Below are positions 59,535 to 62,881 of a stretch of 62,881 nucleotides of DNA, piece after piece. A program made the position numbers and the translations under genes. Origin of the DNA: an uncultured Methanotrichaceae archaeon (GTDB lineage Archaea; Halobacteriota; Methanosarcinia; Methanotrichales; Methanotrichaceae); the NCBI GenBank assembly GCA_964570975.1, contig CAZMZV010000001.1:5084-67964 (forward strand), given 5' to 3'. The first letter of the stretch is position 1, and each line of letters starts with the position of its first letter. The notes beneath the pieces are model-generated. The model worked only from the letters and a program-made list of their open reading frames with translations. It ran no database searches and was not told the origin of the DNA.

Positions 59535-62500
59535 TCATGCCGAATAGCTGTCGTAGATGTATATGTCCTTGTCTCCTGTGCGGTTGTCCGTCCATACTAT
59601 CTTACGGCTTCCGATGCGTGGCTCTGTCTGGTCTCCAGGGGCTATGCATACCGGAATCTCCTTGCCTTTCTTGATATCGAATAGATAGATGTCCCAGTTG
59701 CCGTTCCTGTTGCCCTGGTATACAACGACACCGTTCTCTATATCCGGATTCGTCTGGTCGCCGGGATCTGATGTTATTCGAATCTCCGTACTGGTATTCG
59801 TATCGAATGCGTAGACGTCCCAGTTTCCGTTTCTGTTGTCCTGATACACCACTATGTAGCCATCTGTTGCAGGATTGATCTGATCGGCTGGGTCGCTTGT
59901 AATCTTGATCTTCTGCTGTCCCTTCCACACGTAGACGTCCCAATTCCCATCCTTGTTGTCCTGATAAACAGCTATCTCGCCTGCGGATCGTGGATTGGTC
60001 CCGCTTGGAGGTATCGCCTCGACAGGCTCGCTCCCTCCATAGACGAGCTTCTTGTAGAGCCTCCAGCCGGCGAAGGATAGATCCTGCCATACGAGGTACT
60101 TGTCCCCGAGGGATATCGGCGATGGTGTATAGAACTCCGCACCAGTGAGCTGGGAACGGTTCGCAGTCAAAACATCGAATGTCCTCACGGCCCAGTTATC
60201 GTGTTGGGGATTCTGACCGACCCATGCTATCACATTGCCCCTTATATCAGGGTACATATCATATAGAGGTCCGCCTGCTAGCGGGATCTCAACCTCTCTG
60301 AAGAGATCGTACACGTAAATATCCGGAGTTCCGGTGCGGTTGTCCATCCATACAACGAAGTTGCCGCTAACTGCTGGTCTGCTCTGTTCGCCAGGCGCTC
60401 TGCATACCACACTTATCTGCCCGCTTAAGCTCTCGGATCTCGGCCTTTCCTTCAGGGTGTCCAGCCAGACGAGCTTCTGATCCATATCCGGCTTCGCCTG
60501 TGCCGGTCCAGCTGCAACAAGATCGTCTTTCCACGTGGTGATGTCGAGCTTGCGCAGGGATCCGTCATCATCGATGTATGCTATGTACTTCCCGGATACC
60601 GCTGGAGATGACTGTATCCCGGGCCTCGGATACCTCTTGCCCCACTTCTTATCGTATATGTAATAAGCGATATCGCCTGTCGCTCTATCCTCCCATACGA
60701 TCGTGTTTCCGTAGATGTCCGGGAATACCTGATCTCCCTCTCCTGTCAGCCTAGACTCGTTGCCCGTGCTCATGTCATAAACATAGATATCCCAATCGCC
60801 ATTTCTGTCATCCTGCCATACGATAAGGCTTCCTGATATCTTCGGGTACATCTGGTCGCCCGGACCCTTGTGAATGGGCAGGATCTTCTCATCAGAGATA
60901 TTATAGGCGGTAATATCCCAGTTGCCGGATGAGTTATCCATCCATACGATCGTGTTTCCGGAGATGTCTGCCCATACCTGATCGCCAGGACCGGTTGCCA
61001 CTGCAGTAACACTTCCGGTTGTCATATTGATCATATGAACATCCGAGGATCCGGAGCGGTAATCGGAATAAACAACGTTCTGTCCGGAAACACGTGGGTA
61101 TAGCTGATCCCCCTCCTCTCTCAATATCGGCACCTCGGATCTCGTGAAGAAATCGAATCCGTATATATCCCAGTCGCCACGCCGATTATCGGACCACACC
61201 ATAAGGCTGCCGTTTGTCGAGGGAAAGTCTGTGCTGAGCCAGAGCAATGGATCCCAGAGCGGGGACCTCGCCCTTATCTGCGGCCTTCCTGTGCTATCAT
61301 CCATCCATACTACGTATTTATTGCTCAGAATCTTGCTGGAAGCTATCGGCTTTACTCTGTACGGATCACCTTTCCCATCGCTTGGCGTTTGATACAGAGG
61401 CATTGTGGCAATCGGGATCTCTCTGCCCTTCACTATATCGTATAGGTAGATATCCGCTGCACCACCGCGCTCATCAAGCCATGCCACATATCTATCGTAT
61501 ACGCAGGGAGCTCCCTGGTTGTATACATTCGTGCATATCGGGGTCTCTCTGCCTGTGCTCAGATTGTACGAGTATATATCCCAATTCCGGATGGTCTTGT
61601 TCGGCGCGTTCCTGCCATCGGCCCAGACTATCGTATCCCCATAGATCCAGGGCTGAACCTGGTTCGCAGGATTTGTGCATATGGGGGTCTCCTTGCCAGT
61701 GGTGATGTTGTACATGTATATATCCCAGTTACCGGACCTCTTGTCAGCCCATACGACTCGATCCTTGAAGATCACAGGCGATAATAGCTGTGCCTGCTGC
61801 TGTGTTGTTATCTGCCGCTCTGAGCCCTGGAGTATGTCGTACAAATAGATCTGATCGCTTCCTGTTCTGTTGTCCATCCAGACCACATACTTGCCATCGA
61901 TCATGGGATATCTCTGATCCGATTGATCTCTCGAGATCTGTCTCTCCTTGCCAGAGGTGAGGTCGTAGAGAAATACGTCGAGATTCCCGTTTCTCATGTC
62001 CGTGTATATCACATAATTCCCGGAGATGTCGGGGCTGCTGTGATCGATATCATCGTTTGTGATCCTGATCTCCTCACCGGTTGTTAGATTCAAGAGGTAC
62101 ACCTGATACCGTCCGGTTCTGTCGTCAGTCCATACGACCCTGTCTTCAAACACCGCTGGATTTGTGTGGTTGAAAGCTCCGGGTGTTATGAGCAGATCCG
62201 GAACTATTGTCCTGTCCCACATGTATATGTCAGGATCCTGGAGCCCCTGTCTGTAATCGCTCCAGACGGCCCCTCTCTCGCCGATAGCGGGCTCCATAAC
62301 AATAGGTCCTTGAATGAGAGAAAGTTCCTCTCCGCTCTCAACGTTGTATAGGATTATCTCCGTTCCATTGTTCTGCCAGGCTATGTATTCGCCATAAACA
62401 GCCGGCGCGGTCTGAATGCCTGGTCTGGTCAGAACGGTCTCCCTTCCTGAGGAGATATCGTAGAATGCGATATCCAGCTCACCTGATCTGTTATCTGCCC

Positions 62501-62881
62501 ATGCTGCGATATTGCCATCGATCGACGGTAGGGTCTGATCTCCATTGGCCTTGCAGATGGCTTTCTCAGAGCCACTTGAGATATCATACATGTAGATATC
62601 GAAATTTCCGCTTCTGTTATCAGACCAGACTATGCGCCCCCTGCTGACCTTTGGCGTTATCTGATCGCCCTGTGCAGCCGTTACAGCTATCTCTTTTCCT
62701 GTTGTTAGATCTTTCATGTAGATATTCCAGTCTCCGTTCCTGTCATCGCTCCAGACGACTGTATCGCCGTCGATATCAGGATCTGTCTGGTTTCCCTGTG
62801 CATCCGTGACTATCTCTTCGACACGTTTCTTGACATCATAGAGGTAGATATCAGCGTTGCCGCTGCGCATATCCTGCCAGA
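59535..62881 (-). CDS. Multi-beta-propeller cell-surface protein (Methanosarcinales type), 5'-partial
   Basis: more than 20 repeats of Q..P.I.G..VVW.D.R.GNWDIY.YD; frame stays open to the window edge. Confidence 0.92.
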   Translation of the reverse strand, partial: WQDMRSGNADIYLYDVKKRVEEIVTDAQGNQTDPDIDGDTVVWSDDRNGDWNIYMKDLTTGKEIAVTAAQGDQITPKVSRGRIVWSDNRSGNFDIYMYDISSGSEKAICKANGDQTLPSIDGNIAAWADNRSGELDIAFYDISSGRETVLTRPGIQTAPAVYGEYIAWQNNGTEIILYNVESGEELSLIQGPIVMEPAIGERGAVWSDYRQGLQDPDIYMWDRTIVPDLLITPGAFNHTNPAVFEDRVVWTDDRTGRYQVYLLNLTTGEEIRITNDDIDHSSPDISGNYVIYTDMRNGNLDVFLYDLTSGKERQISRDQSDQRYPMIDGKYVVWMDNRTGSDQIYLYDILQGSERQITTQQQAQLLSPVIFKDRVVWADKRSGNWDIYMYNITTGKETPICTNPANQVQPWIYGDTIVWADGRNAPNKTIRNWDIYSYNLSTGRETPICTNVYNQGAPCVYDRYVAWLDERGGAADIYLYDIVKGREIPIATMPLYQTPSDGKGDPYRVKPIASSKILSNKYVVWMDDSTGRPQIRARSPLWDPLLWLSTDFPSTNGSLMVWSDNRRGDWDIYGFDFFTRSEVPILREEGDQLYPRVSGQNVVYSDYRSGSSDVHMINMTTGSVTAVATGPGDQVWADISGNTIVWMDNSSGNWDITAYNISDEKILPIHKGPGDQMYPKISGSLIVWQDDRNGDWDIYVYDMSTGNESRLTGEGDQVFPDIYGNTIVWEDRATGDIAYYIYDKKWGKRYPRPGIQSSPAVSGKYIAYIDDDGSLRKLDITTWKDDLVAAGPAQAKPDMDQKLVWLDTLKERPRSESLSGQISVVCRAPGEQSRPAVSGNFVVWMDNRTGTPDIYVYDLFREVEIPLAGGPLYDMYPDIRGNVIAWVGQNPQHDNWAVRTFDVLTANRSQLTGAEFYTPSPISLGDKYLVWQDLSFAGWRLYKKLVYGGSEPVEAIPPSGTNPRSAGEIAVYQDNKDGNWDVYVWKGQQKIKITSDPADQINPATDGYIVVYQDNRNGNWDVYAFDTNTSTEIRITSDPGDQTNPDIENGVVVYQGNRNGNWDIYLFDIKKGKEIPVCIAPGDQTEPRIGSRKIVWTDNRTGDKDIYIYDSYSA

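Overview
Chromosomal window from a methanogenic archaeon. Gene content (mtxX, methanogenesis marker 2, FmdE, MptE, CetZ, Methanosarcinales-type beta-propeller protein) points to Methanothrix/Methanosaeta; this taxonomy is inferred. About 55 CDS are mostly housekeeping (cofactor and amino-acid biosynthesis, DNA repair, tRNA modification, cdc6, aconitase, transport), plus several large secreted proteins. No rRNA, intact tRNA, CRISPR array, transposase or prophage was seen. The structure the genes do not explain is intergenic: at least six dispersed repeat families. Four are TIR-type MITEs, three of them with target duplications (8, 4 and 6 bp). One is a ~45-nt TAG...hairpin...TCAC element resembling fused IS200/IS605 ends or REP sequences (about 10 copies). 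One is a ~70-nt hairpin repeat that other MITEs insert into. Other highlights: a bacterial-type Hfq (FKHAI motif) head-to-head with cdc6 and flanked by predicted RNA structure; a secreted sensor-domain/pentapeptide-repeat fusion; an orphan NurA coupled to thiC; a membrane-anchored Ig-like protein in front of cetZ; and a 30-aa membrane sORF missing from the ORF track. All calls come from reading motifs by eye; no database searches were run.
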